The notes below the pieces were generated by a model. The model saw only the letters and a program-made list of their open reading frames with translations, was not told the origin of the DNA and did not search any database. A stretch of DNA of 64,000 nucleotides, taken from Bacteroidaceae bacterium (lineage in GTDB: Bacteria > Bacteroidota > Bacteroidia > Bacteroidales > Bacteroidaceae). Where the stretch lies: positions 25,897-89,896 of the forward strand of contig JAKSJA010000001.1 in assembly GCA_024398495.1 (NCBI GenBank). The letters run 5' to 3'. Shown piece by piece: positions 10,454-19,513 of this stretch. The position numbers were made by a program, and so were the translations under genes. The number at the start of each line of letters is the position of its first letter. Positions within the stretch are counted from its first letter, which is position 1.

Positions 10454-10551
10454 TAACGATACACTGCGTTACGATACGAACAAAGTTCTACGATACACTG
10501 CGTTACGATAACTTGTCGTAGTGAAGCGTATCGTAGTGAAACGTATCGTTA
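10454..10551. repeat. Inverted array of ACGATAC units (about 15-bp period), hairpin-forming
   Basis: acgatacactgcgttacgata twice, followed by inverted tcgtagtgaagcgtatcgtagtgaaacgtatcgt. Confidence 0.7.
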
Positions 10552-11046
10552 TCGTAGGCGAAGTCTCCTATAACCTTTATTTTGCCTAAAAATTTATCAC
10601 GGATTCAACTGTAAGATTTGAAAGAAACTACACAAGCTGTGGGAAATGTACATACGACATCCAGGACAACCCATTGCCGTTCCACAGATATCTCGTACCC
10701 TTGCATCAGTTATGAAAACCTCGTCCCGTCGGCTGAAATGAACATCCTAATCGCTGAAACAATCATCCTATCCGCTAATATCAACCACTCATGCCTCCAC
10801 CTCCACAGTTTCCCGCCAGCTCCACAAAATCTGCTCCCTCCTAGATTCCCCCATCACCAACATCGGCACTGGCAACCGCACAGTTTGGGTAAAGAAGAAG
10901 TGAATCGATTGATGGAACGGAGATGGAACGGATAAGCAAACGGGGGCACGGAACCTGTCCCTATGACCCCCTATGACCCTCTGACCCTCTAAAATTGATG
11001 TCTTTGCTCATGGTTATTTGTGTTTTGTGGCAAAAACAAAGGTAAT

Positions 11047-11082
11047 CAAAAGGGCTGATACATCGTGAGAAGTGTCAGCCCT
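11047..11082 (-). terminator. Probable intrinsic terminator of the island operon
   Basis: agggctgatac / gtgtcagccct stem about 45 nt past the 11126 stop; short U tract on the minus strand. Confidence 0.5.
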
Positions 11083-11125
11083 AAATTTGTTAACTCAATA
11101 AATGTTTAGCGGACAGCAATAACTC

Positions 11126-12208
11126 TTAATATTTGGATAAAGCGAGTCGTAAGCCTATGGAATTACTACAAAAATTAGGTTTGATGGTAATACGGTTTGA
11201 CAGATCGCATTGTTTGGGAATTGAATTCCAATCACCACCACAACAAACACAAATAGCATCATCAAAAGAGCCCTTAATGTTTGTATGTAAAGAATTTGAG
11301 TATTTATCATTTTCTTTTTGACACCATTCAGATACATTTCCACTCATATCATATATGTTCAACGCATTAGCTTCTTTGGTTGCTATAGTGTGAGTAATGT
11401 TATTACTATTATTTTTATACCATGCGACACTATCTAAATTATTGCTCCCACTATATTTTGCGTCAACACTTATGATTCCTCCACGTGCTGCGAATTCCCA
11501 TTCCATCTCTGTAGGAAGACGGAATTTTTGCTTAGTAATTTTATTTAATTTTTTAATAAACTTCATACAGTCATTCCAGGAAACATTTTCAACAGGAAGT
11601 TTTTTCCCCTTGAAGTTAGATGGATTATTTCCCATTACTGCATGCCATAGGGCTTGTGTTACTTCTGTTTGGCCAATAGAAAAAGAACGAACGTTTACTT
11701 TTCGAATTGATTTTTCTCTACTCATAGAACCAATTGTACAAGTCCAAAAATCGCCACCCTTAACACGTATCATATTAAATGCAACACCATTAGCTATAAA
11801 ATGAGGAAACTTAACTGGCAATTTAAACATAATTGGCATTGTGTACCAAACGCGTACTAAAGAACCATCCCACAATTTACCAGGTATCCATTTTGGCATA
11901 GTTTTTATAACACGAATAGCTTCATTGTCAATGGATGGATCTACAGACTCCACCACATTAACTTCGCCAATAGAGCCATCAGATTCTACGACGAATCGTA
12001 CAATAACACGCCCCTGAACACCATTTTTCTCTGCAATCTTTGGATAATGAACATTTTCATTCAACCAAGCGAACATTGCTGCTTCACCACCAACGAATTG
12101 GGGCATTTGCCTAACCTTATTAGATATTACTTCCTCATTTTTAACTTGTGAATGAGAAGGGATTCCAAACAATATCAATATGGTAAATAAAAATACAATT
12201 CTTTTCAT
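11126..12208 (-). CDS. Exported TonB C-terminal domain + FGE-sulfatase (SUMF1, C-type lectin fold) fusion
   Basis: Signal peptide; MPQFVGG...YPKIAEKNGVQGRVIVRFVV...MPKWIPG (TonB_C); TEVTQALW, LPVENVSWND, FRLPTEMEWEFAARGG, YDMSGNVSEWC, GLRLA (FGE-sulfatase). Confidence 0.85.
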   Translation of the reverse strand: MKRIVFLFTILILFGIPSHSQVKNEEVISNKVRQMPQFVGGEAAMFAWLNENVHYPKIAEKNGVQGRVIVRFVVESDGSIGEVNVVESVDPSIDNEAIRVIKTMPKWIPGKLWDGSLVRVWYTMPIMFKLPVKFPHFIANGVAFNMIRVKGGDFWTCTIGSMSREKSIRKVNVRSFSIGQTEVTQALWHAVMGNNPSNFKGKKLPVENVSWNDCMKFIKKLNKITKQKFRLPTEMEWEFAARGGIISVDAKYSGSNNLDSVAWYKNNSNNITHTIATKEANALNIYDMSGNVSEWCQKENDKYSNSLHTNIKGSFDDAICVCCGGDWNSIPKQCDLSNRITIKPNFCSNSIGLRLALSKY

Positions 12209-12231
12209 ATTCGTTTTTAACGATCTATTTA

Positions 12232-13695
12232 TTATTCTAATATAATTACACTTGCTGTCTTATTATTCATTCCTGGCATTGTATTGCCGATAGATGCTCC
12301 AATAAATGTTGGATCACAAACGATATATTTATTTCCATTTACAGAAATATAATCACCTGTTATATCTTCGTTAAAATTCACAGCAACAGCCAGATGCCCT
12401 GGATAAAATATCAACAGACATTTTAGTTGCAGCACGTCCCGAATAATTCGAGATAACAGAATACTTCTGTCTTCACAATCACAACATGGATAAAATAGCG
12501 ATTCTTCCGAGAAAAATGTTCTGTCATGTCCCCAAACTTTTTCGTCATATTCATATTTGAATCCTGTTTGAACCCAATTTAATAAACGGTTTACAGCTTC
12601 CGATTCAGATAAGCTTTTTACCTTGTCTTTTAATTCAGGATACAATGATTCTGCAACCATCAATGATATAGGCGCATTAGCATACTGTGCCCATTGAGTC
12701 ATAAAATCTCCATTATAGTATGAGTTTGGGTATGTTTCATAAAAAGATAAAAGATTTTTGTTTATTTCAATATGCAATTTGAATTCTGGATATCTCGTTG
12801 ATGAGATAATTTTTGCATCACTTCTATCAATTGTGAGAAGGGGTTGTTTGTTTATAATTAGCGATAAGTTCTGCTCTTGTGGGAACTTAGCATCAGAAAC
12901 CATAAGTTTTGACGGAAGATCAATTACACCATAATAAATATCTCCTCCGATATTATATGATGGTTTCTCAAATATAGTATGATTACTGGCAAATAACATA
13001 TAAACATTATGCCCATCGTGAGCTAACCTCATCTTATAACCAGACAATAAATAGACATATGACATCAATAATGTTGCCTCATTCGTTCCTTTTCCACAAG
13101 CCGTTTCTGACATATTCTTAAGGAATAGCAAATATGCCCAATCACAAAGTTGCAAATCGCCTCTTATTTTAAGACAATCATATACAAGATTATCGTATTC
13201 TTTAGTAGAGAGAATGTTTAATGCATCTGCTACCGCATCCTCAGTAATCTGTTTCACTTCATAATTAGAATTGTATGGATATCTTACTATACATTTCGTC
13301 CCGAAATAGTTTATTTGAACAAAATTCTCTTTAACTTTTGGTATCTCAAGAATTGGTTCAATAGGCTGTGGCTGTGGAATGATAGGTTCAGTCTTTATGA
13401 CATTTTCAATTACAATTGGAGTATCTTTTTGTGGTGTATTTTGAATATCATTATCAGGAACGACAACTGGTGGGATAGGGGTTTCTTTGGGTTTAGGAAC
13501 AGGAGGAACTGACAATTGCTCTTGCCATGGATTACGAATAAAATCAATGAAATCACTTACTATTTCTCTTCGGAAATGATTGAAGTCTCTCTTGATCTCC
13601 TTGCGGAAATCATCAAAATCCTTGATGTTATTTTGTGCATTGCAAGTTTCAATAGTGCAACATGCAATGCACAAAATCAGCAATATGATTCTCAT
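12232..13695 (-). CDS. Exported protein with C-terminal transglutaminase-like cysteine-protease domain
   Basis: Signal peptide, Pro-rich linker, then CDCEDRSILL (Cys), YPGHLAVAV (His), YIVCDPT (Asp). Confidence 0.65.
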   Translation of the reverse strand: MRIILLILCIACCTIETCNAQNNIKDFDDFRKEIKRDFNHFRREIVSDFIDFIRNPWQEQLSVPPVPKPKETPIPPVVVPDNDIQNTPQKDTPIVIENVIKTEPIIPQPQPIEPILEIPKVKENFVQINYFGTKCIVRYPYNSNYEVKQITEDAVADALNILSTKEYDNLVYDCLKIRGDLQLCDWAYLLFLKNMSETACGKGTNEATLLMSYVYLLSGYKMRLAHDGHNVYMLFASNHTIFEKPSYNIGGDIYYGVIDLPSKLMVSDAKFPQEQNLSLIINKQPLLTIDRSDAKIISSTRYPEFKLHIEINKNLLSFYETYPNSYYNGDFMTQWAQYANAPISLMVAESLYPELKDKVKSLSESEAVNRLLNWVQTGFKYEYDEKVWGHDRTFFSEESLFYPCCDCEDRSILLSRIIRDVLQLKCLLIFYPGHLAVAVNFNEDITGDYISVNGNKYIVCDPTFIGASIGNTMPGMNNKTASVIILE

Positions 13696-13706
13696 ACACA
13701 ACTTAA

Positions 13707-14399
13707 TCAAAGGTCATGTGCCAAAACAGAATCTACAATATCATTAAGTTCTTCATCTCCCTCCTGTTCAAGTTCCTTCTTGATATTGCGTTTCAAACGT
13801 GCAGCTAGTTCTTTTTTATCAAAAGCGACTTGAACCTGAACCTCATAGTTATTCTGTTTATTTACTCTATAAATAGACAGTAGTGTTCTCGTATTTGTTA
13901 ATGAAGCATCAATAATTGCCTTTGCTCGTTCATGGAACTTATCAACAGTGATCGCTGTGATTGCAGAATTTTGCTGATTGTCCAATTTTGATTCCAATGC
14001 AGCAGCCACTTTTGTTTCAAGCATTGCGGCCAACTCAACTTGAGCATTAGAACGAGCAGCAGCAATACCTGCATCAAATGTTCCAGCAATAGATTGAGCA
14101 GAACGGATGATATATCGCTTTGTCGGATTTCCAAGTTCATCTGCCATTAGTTCTTCACCAAGCAATTGTGTCTCAGTAATCTGCTTTGCTATCGTCTTAT
14201 CACCAGCACAAACTATCCATCCATCCTTGATGAGTTTCTTTGCCTGTTTCTTGGCGTCTTTAGAAGGTTTAGAATTGAGTAGTTTCATGTTAATTTCATT
14301 AAGTTCCCTTTGCTGTTTAGCAAGATCTTTTGCAGTCTGAGCGAAAATTGATGCGTTAGACAATAGTGCCATAACCGCCATAATAATAATTTTTTTCAT
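13707..14399 (-). CDS. Exported hypothetical protein (LPP20-like helical/alpha-beta fold suspected)
   Basis: 230-aa ORF with signal peptide; AQSIAGTFDAGIAAARSNAQVELA resembles LPP20-type segments. Confidence 0.55.
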   Translation of the reverse strand: MKKIIIMAVMALLSNASIFAQTAKDLAKQQRELNEINMKLLNSKPSKDAKKQAKKLIKDGWIVCAGDKTIAKQITETQLLGEELMADELGNPTKRYIIRSAQSIAGTFDAGIAAARSNAQVELAAMLETKVAAALESKLDNQQNSAITAITVDKFHERAKAIIDASLTNTRTLLSIYRVNKQNNYEVQVQVAFDKKELAARLKRNIKKELEQEGDEELNDIVDSVLAHDL

Positions 14400-14474
14400 A
14401 TTAGTTTTCTTTTAAAATGATACATTTAAACTTTCAATTTACATGTTAATGCAAGAATTAAAAAATAGTGACCC

Positions 14475-14909
14475 TCATTTTTGGATTTTGTTTACAATAA
14501 TATTTCTTTTTTCTTTTAGATCATTAATTTTCATCTGCATCGCATGAATGTTATACTCAGTTTCTTCGTCCATAGAAGAAGTATCCTGTAGCAATACACA
14601 CAAGATGCTGTCAGACGATTGTATTTCTTTTTCAATAACCAACAATGCATCTTCAAAATTTCTCTGCTTAATAAGTTTATCTACGTTTTTTGATGCAGAT
14701 CTCACGCCAGTTGTTCCATCTGATGCATTTTCCCATGGAATCAAAAACAAGGCTCCAATAAGACACGCGGCAGCAACAAATCCCACCATTGGACGTAATA
14801 CAAAACTCTTGCTTTTTTTGTTCCATTTAGACATCTTGTTGAGTTTTCTTTCACGTTCAGACAATCGACTGTTAATAAGTTCTTGAAGTTTATCGTTGTA
14901 CTCTTCCAT
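14475..14909 (-). CDS. Putative membrane-anchored anti-sigma factor
   Basis: Short charged N-terminus, single TM (MVGFVAAACLIGALFLIPW), helical C-terminus; starts 3 nt after the ECF sigma stop. Confidence 0.55.
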   Translation of the reverse strand: MEEYNDKLQELINSRLSERERKLNKMSKWNKKSKSFVLRPMVGFVAAACLIGALFLIPWENASDGTTGVRSASKNVDKLIKQRNFEDALLVIEKEIQSSDSILCVLLQDTSSMDEETEYNIHAMQMKINDLKEKRNIIVNKIQK

Positions 14910-14912
14910 ATC

Positions 14913-15539
14913 CTAAAAATCTATTCGTAAATCACGAAGCAAATGAATCACTTTATCTCTCAATGTGTTCAAACATTTATATTTTGCACTTTTGAGTCCA
15001 ATCTTACTTGTATTCTCTTTTCTTACAGATAGAATTTCATCTAAAGACATACCATGAATATAAAACATCGTCAGTATCTCTAAACATCTTGGCGAGATTT
15101 GTTGTAAGCAATCATCAACCAATTGTTTTCTAGCCTCATCAATGTCTCCCTCTAAACATGGAGGTAGAATGTTATAAGGTGTAACATCATAATAGTCCTG
15201 CAGATAGATTTCTTTTGTGTTTCTAATCAGTTCTCGATATTCATTTTTTGCTATTGCCATTAAAAACGTTGTAAGAGAACAAGTTAATGGTACACAGTGT
15301 CCGTCCTTGTTAATTCTACACACCACATTATGGTCAATACATATCCTTTTATTCTCAATCTGAGTCCATAATCTTAAAAATGAATCCTGAAAAATTTCCT
15401 CTCGCTGATCCTGATCAAAAAATATCTCATGGAATTTATTCATAAAATAATCCTTACATTCTTCAAAAAACCAACGCTCAATATTAGAATTCTTTTTTTG
15501 AAGCCCAATTACGATTTCTATATCAGTATATTTTTTCAT
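14913..15539 (-). CDS. ECF RNA polymerase sigma-70 factor
   Basis: EEIFQDSFLRLW (region 2), LTTFLMAIAKN, CLEILTMFYIHGMSLDEI...KYKCLNTLR (region 4). Confidence 0.85.
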   Translation of the reverse strand: MKKYTDIEIVIGLQKKNSNIERWFFEECKDYFMNKFHEIFFDQDQREEIFQDSFLRLWTQIENKRICIDHNVVCRINKDGHCVPLTCSLTTFLMAIAKNEYRELIRNTKEIYLQDYYDVTPYNILPPCLEGDIDEARKQLVDDCLQQISPRCLEILTMFYIHGMSLDEILSVRKENTSKIGLKSAKYKCLNTLRDKVIHLLRDLRIDF

Positions 15540-16393
15540 TTTCTTCCACTTACTATGGGATTTTGAGGCAACCGCGAAGGGCTATCATCCATAATCCTTT
15601 GCAACTCATGTTGTAATTTGTCATTTTTCATTAAAAATAATCGTTTCCCTACTATATCGAGTGCATAAGTCAATTTCCCCATCTTTGGTGACTTCATCTC
15701 AAAACAAACCTGATATGGCTTACACGCACTTATAGTTAGCCACTCTTCCTTAATAGGTTTTGCTGTGCGCATCATTGGAGTCCGAGGAATATTGAATTCG
15801 ACATCAACGCCACGCACACATTCGGTATCATCACCTCTTGTTGAATCACCGCTATGACAAGCATCAACAATCACGAACAACTGTCCCGACCGTCCAATTC
15901 TATATCTTATATCCGTTAAAAACCTAGCAATTTCATCATCAGAAAAATGTTTTTCACCTTTGTCTTTATCACAATAATACATATAAGCATCGTATGGGAT
16001 CCATGATTCATCCCATTGTGAATGTCTCCCTTTCCAACGCTCTGATTCGTCACCATCTAAATCGGTAATAAACTGTCCATGTCCAGAATAATGAATATAT
16101 ATAATGTCTCCTTTTTTACAAATCCTCGTCAAATCGAGAAAAGCTTGAGCTATTCCCTGTTTAGTCGCTTTCTCATTAACAAGAGTTCTAATATCTTTGA
16201 AACCGCACTTTGTTAACATTGATTTTACAACATACACATCCTTGTCACCATTAATCTTAGACCAGTTTTTATCTTCTTGCTTCCCAAGACCTATAATAAG
16301 AGCATGTTTACGCTCTGCGTTTACATAAACACTACAGAGCAGAACAAGTAAAGATGTTGCTATAAATCTATATATAATTGATCTATTCATCAT
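15536..16393 (-). CDS. Exported caspase-family peptidase (C14 meta/orthocaspase)
   Basis: HALIIG, HYSGHG (catalytic His), VDACHSG (catalytic Cys); N-terminal signal peptide. Likely start at MMNRS. Confidence 0.9.
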   Translation of the reverse strand: MMNRSIIYRFIATSLLVLLCSVYVNAERKHALIIGLGKQEDKNWSKINGDKDVYVVKSMLTKCGFKDIRTLVNEKATKQGIAQAFLDLTRICKKGDIIYIHYSGHGQFITDLDGDESERWKGRHSQWDESWIPYDAYMYYCDKDKGEKHFSDDEIARFLTDIRYRIGRSGQLFVIVDACHSGDSTRGDDTECVRGVDVEFNIPRTPMMRTAKPIKEEWLTISACKPYQVCFEMKSPKMGKLTYALDIVGKRLFLMKNDKLQHELQRIMDDSPSRLPQNPIVSGRK

Positions 16394-18188
16394 AGAAGTC
16401 ACCTGCATTGTAATAACCAAACTTTGGATCTGGCTCCGACTGCCATGTACGTACTTTTATAAAAGGGTTGTCCTTATCTGTCATATCAATCATTAAGAAC
16501 AGATACCCTTGATCTGCATAAGTCGTAGAATTATAATCCTGTGCTAACTGCACACAAACAACCTCCTGATTAGCATTTTTTTCAAGCATTTGAATATCAC
16601 TATGCGTAAAACGTATATTTATAAATTCATTGTTTTTGAAACATCTCGCAAGGTTCTGTAAATACTTATCCTTCGTATATCTATTAGTTGTAATTATATT
16701 TCTACCTTTTATAGACATCTTGCCGTCACCTGTCCTCTGTGCTGTATATTGACGGGCGACATTGCCGACTATAATAATGGCATCATCCGAAAATATATCC
16801 TTGATGTAATCAAGACGTTTCAGACAATAAGCCGTTTTGTAATTCTCTAAAAACTCCATCAACTGTTCCCTGGTTTCTTCCTTCCACATTACTTTTTTTG
16901 TAAGGATGTCCGCTTCTGTATTCTTGCCCAGGCCAAAAGCGATGTTCTCAATTTTTCCTTGATCATTGAAAGTAAAAGCCACATCTTCAACGAATGTCAT
17001 CTTTGTTCCATTTCTAAAAGAGAAACTCATTTGCAGACCTCTGGCAACAACTTTCCCATTTTTACTTTTGTAATAATGTACATCTGGCGTACCTACGATT
17101 CGTCCTCTTCCATAGCCAATAAGTTGATTGAACATTTCCCTACCGTCAATGGTAAAACAGTTATAAACATCAATATGTTTACGTGTCTTGATAGCACTAA
17201 GTATCTTTTTTATTGTCGCATCATAAATGGTGCTATTTGCAACAACTTGTGATATAGATGGCTCACATTTAATATCGCTTGATTGTTTCGCAATCGTCTT
17301 AGAGCCATTACCATTATTGTGCAGACTAAAAGATGCTTCCGGTATCGCAACCCTATTAACAACATTTAGCACACTTTCCATTTCCGCATCACCTCGTGCC
17401 AATCCTTTGTATTCGTATTCTACTTCAAGGTAATAATCATCGCCCTCATAATTAGGAATCATCTGCATTGTACCTCTTCCGTCCTTTGCCTTGCCAGTAC
17501 ACATCTCTCTGCCGTCATTATATGCAAATTCTATTTCGGATATTCCTTCTCCTTTGTAAGTAAAAATCAAATCCACATTATCCCCGTCAAGATATTCAAC
17601 ATAAACTTTTATGTCACTTATTATGTTTCTCATTTGAGGTATTATCCAATTCACCAACAGATGCCCGTCATCATCAGTAACCTCATTCGGATATTGAACA
17701 GAACGTATCAAAGAATATGCCCAATAGTAATACTGGAGAGCCATCCCAAGTTTTCTTCTTTCAACAGCCTCATTAGCCATCTCTACCATATCTTTTGCTT
17801 TTGCAATGCGTGATTCGTATATCATAGCTAACTCACAACGTTTCATCCATCGCCTGACTGTAACCTTTGGTTTCGAACCAAATATCATCTTTTCGCAATT
17901 AGTCAATGTAGAGGTGGAGTATGTTTGAATACAGTTACGGACATATTGACTATGAGCTATCTTAGAGCCATTGCTAGAATGTTCGTAGTTTTGTGTAAAG
18001 TCACTCGAAACATGAACTGCAATCATTGATGCTAATTGTGCCAATGCACCCTTATCTGCTTCTTCTTCAGTAGTAGCCATAGATTCGCCATAATAATACT
18101 CACCCGATGACTTTATATAATCCCAATTTTGGGCATTTAAACCGACCGTTGAATTTAGCAATATTACCAATATGAAGATTCTTTTCAT
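16383..18188 (-). CDS. Exported LPP20-like domain protein with NTF2-like C-terminus
   Basis: Signal peptide; YYYGESMATTEEEADKGALAQLASMIAVHVSS; C-terminal FLENYKTAY...IFSDDAIIIVG...QDYNSTTYADQGYLFL. Confidence 0.6.
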   Translation of the reverse strand: MKRIFILVILLNSTVGLNAQNWDYIKSSGEYYYGESMATTEEEADKGALAQLASMIAVHVSSDFTQNYEHSSNGSKIAHSQYVRNCIQTYSTSTLTNCEKMIFGSKPKVTVRRWMKRCELAMIYESRIAKAKDMVEMANEAVERRKLGMALQYYYWAYSLIRSVQYPNEVTDDDGHLLVNWIIPQMRNIISDIKVYVEYLDGDNVDLIFTYKGEGISEIEFAYNDGREMCTGKAKDGRGTMQMIPNYEGDDYYLEVEYEYKGLARGDAEMESVLNVVNRVAIPEASFSLHNNGNGSKTIAKQSSDIKCEPSISQVVANSTIYDATIKKILSAIKTRKHIDVYNCFTIDGREMFNQLIGYGRGRIVGTPDVHYYKSKNGKVVARGLQMSFSFRNGTKMTFVEDVAFTFNDQGKIENIAFGLGKNTEADILTKKVMWKEETREQLMEFLENYKTAYCLKRLDYIKDIFSDDAIIIVGNVARQYTAQRTGDGKMSIKGRNIITTNRYTKDKYLQNLARCFKNNEFINIRFTHSDIQMLEKNANQEVVCVQLAQDYNSTTYADQGYLFLMIDMTDKDNPFIKVRTWQSEPDPKFGYYNAGDFYDE

Positions 18189-18220
18189 TTGTTTCCTATA
18201 CTTAGTTTTGTAAATTTATA

Positions 18221-19510
18221 TCATTTCATCCCTACCTTCTTCCCATTAACTATATAGATACCCTTTGTTGGTTTATTCTTGATGAATGAGTTGTATTCTT
18301 CTTTTGAGAATACCCCTATACAAATTCCACTAATGGTATGAATAACATATTTACTATTATCTACCATAATACTTTCAACACCACTTGGATCTATCACATT
18401 GACATCTTTCGCGACAGAAGTGGCCTCATAATAGTTATCTCCAGCTTGTGTTGCTGTGATTTTTGCCATACCAGAATTTACTGGATTTAGATATACGGCA
18501 TTACCCATGTCAAAAATGGAAGCCACATTTTCATCCGATGACGAGAAAACTATTGGCAATCCTGAAGAAAACGTGGCAAGTAGTTCTACCAACTCACCAC
18601 CACACATTATAGAAGATAGGTCTTGATTCCATTCTATTGTCTGTGGATGTTTTTTTACTGTTACATTACATGTTGCCGTTTTGTTTGAACCATCAGTAGT
18701 TTTTGCTGTTACGATGCATGTACCAGCTGACAAAGCAGAAACCACACCATTAGAAACAGAAACCACAGAACTATCAGAACTGGACCATTCGAGGTTTTTA
18801 TTTGTCGCATTGTCTGGTTTAATTATCGCTGATAACGTTACAGATTCACCTACCTTCAAATCTAATGAAGAATTATTCAAAGATATGGATGACACTAATA
18901 TTGGGCCAAATACATAAATAGCATAGAGATTTACACCACCATATCGACTATACAGATAAATAGTGGTTGCTTCGCCTGTATATTCGAGTGAATCATAGTC
19001 AAGAGTTGTTGCAGGCTTACCATGAGCATCAAGTTGTGCGATGACATTGTCAAAAGAACCTGCTGCTACTGCCAACTTTCTGTCTGAAGAAGAACTTGAA
19101 GACAGGCGGAAAATTTTGATTTTCGCAGGACCTGCCACGTCAAACTTGAGATGACGAACTGTAGGTGAACCAGGACCACCAAGTTTCAGACGCTTAGTGA
19201 AAGAAATACCATCAGCAGTCTTGCTGTTTTCGTCAATAGCAATCGTAGTGTCTGCCTTTGCAACGACTGTCAAGCCGTTAAGGTCTGTTGTCTCTGCAAT
19301 TACCTGATTTTCGAAATCAGAGATGTTCCACGCACATATAATTGAACCATCAACACTTGTGGCCGATGTTCCGTTGTTCGTCTCATATTCTGTCGTAGCT
19401 ATGGATTCGTTAGAATAGTATTTACCTAACGGTTTTATATGATTCAATCTTTCAGCATTAAAAGTTAGATACATGAATAAAAACAATATCGATAAGAATA
19501 TACGTCGCAT
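18221..19510 (-). CDS. Chimeric surface protein with Big_2 Ig-like domain and T9SS-type C-terminus
   Basis: Signal peptide; SISLNNSSLDLKVGESVTLSAIIKPDNATNKNLEWSSSD (Big_2); tail KGIYIVNGKK. Confidence 0.75.
   Translation of the reverse strand: MRRIFLSILFLFMYLTFNAERLNHIKPLGKYYSNESIATTEYETNNGTSATSVDGSIICAWNISDFENQVIAETTDLNGLTVVAKADTTIAIDENSKTADGISFTKRLKLGGPGSPTVRHLKFDVAGPAKIKIFRLSSSSSSDRKLAVAAGSFDNVIAQLDAHGKPATTLDYDSLEYTGEATTIYLYSRYGGVNLYAIYVFGPILVSSISLNNSSLDLKVGESVTLSAIIKPDNATNKNLEWSSSDSSVVSVSNGVVSALSAGTCIVTAKTTDGSNKTATCNVTVKKHPQTIEWNQDLSSIMCGGELVELLATFSSGLPIVFSSSDENVASIFDMGNAVYLNPVNSGMAKITATQAGDNYYEATSVAKDVNVIDPSGVESIMVDNSKYVIHTISGICIGVFSKEEYNSFIKNKPTKGIYIVNGKKVGMK
18238..18905. repeat. Copy 1 of about 660-bp direct repeat (Big_2 + T9SS tail), partner at about 20453-21120
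   Basis: Offset 2215 bp; about 200 bp (18315-18518 vs 20530-20733) read as identical. Confidence 0.85.
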
Positions 19511-19513
19511 AAA

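Noticed and set aside
10618-10935. 105-aa ORF
   Set aside because: TTG start, no recognisable motifs, and it runs through degenerate repeats; probably non-coding.
10560-12208. Diversity-generating retroelement around the FGE-sulfatase gene
   Set aside because: No reverse transcriptase, Avd or adenine-variant template repeat is visible in the window.
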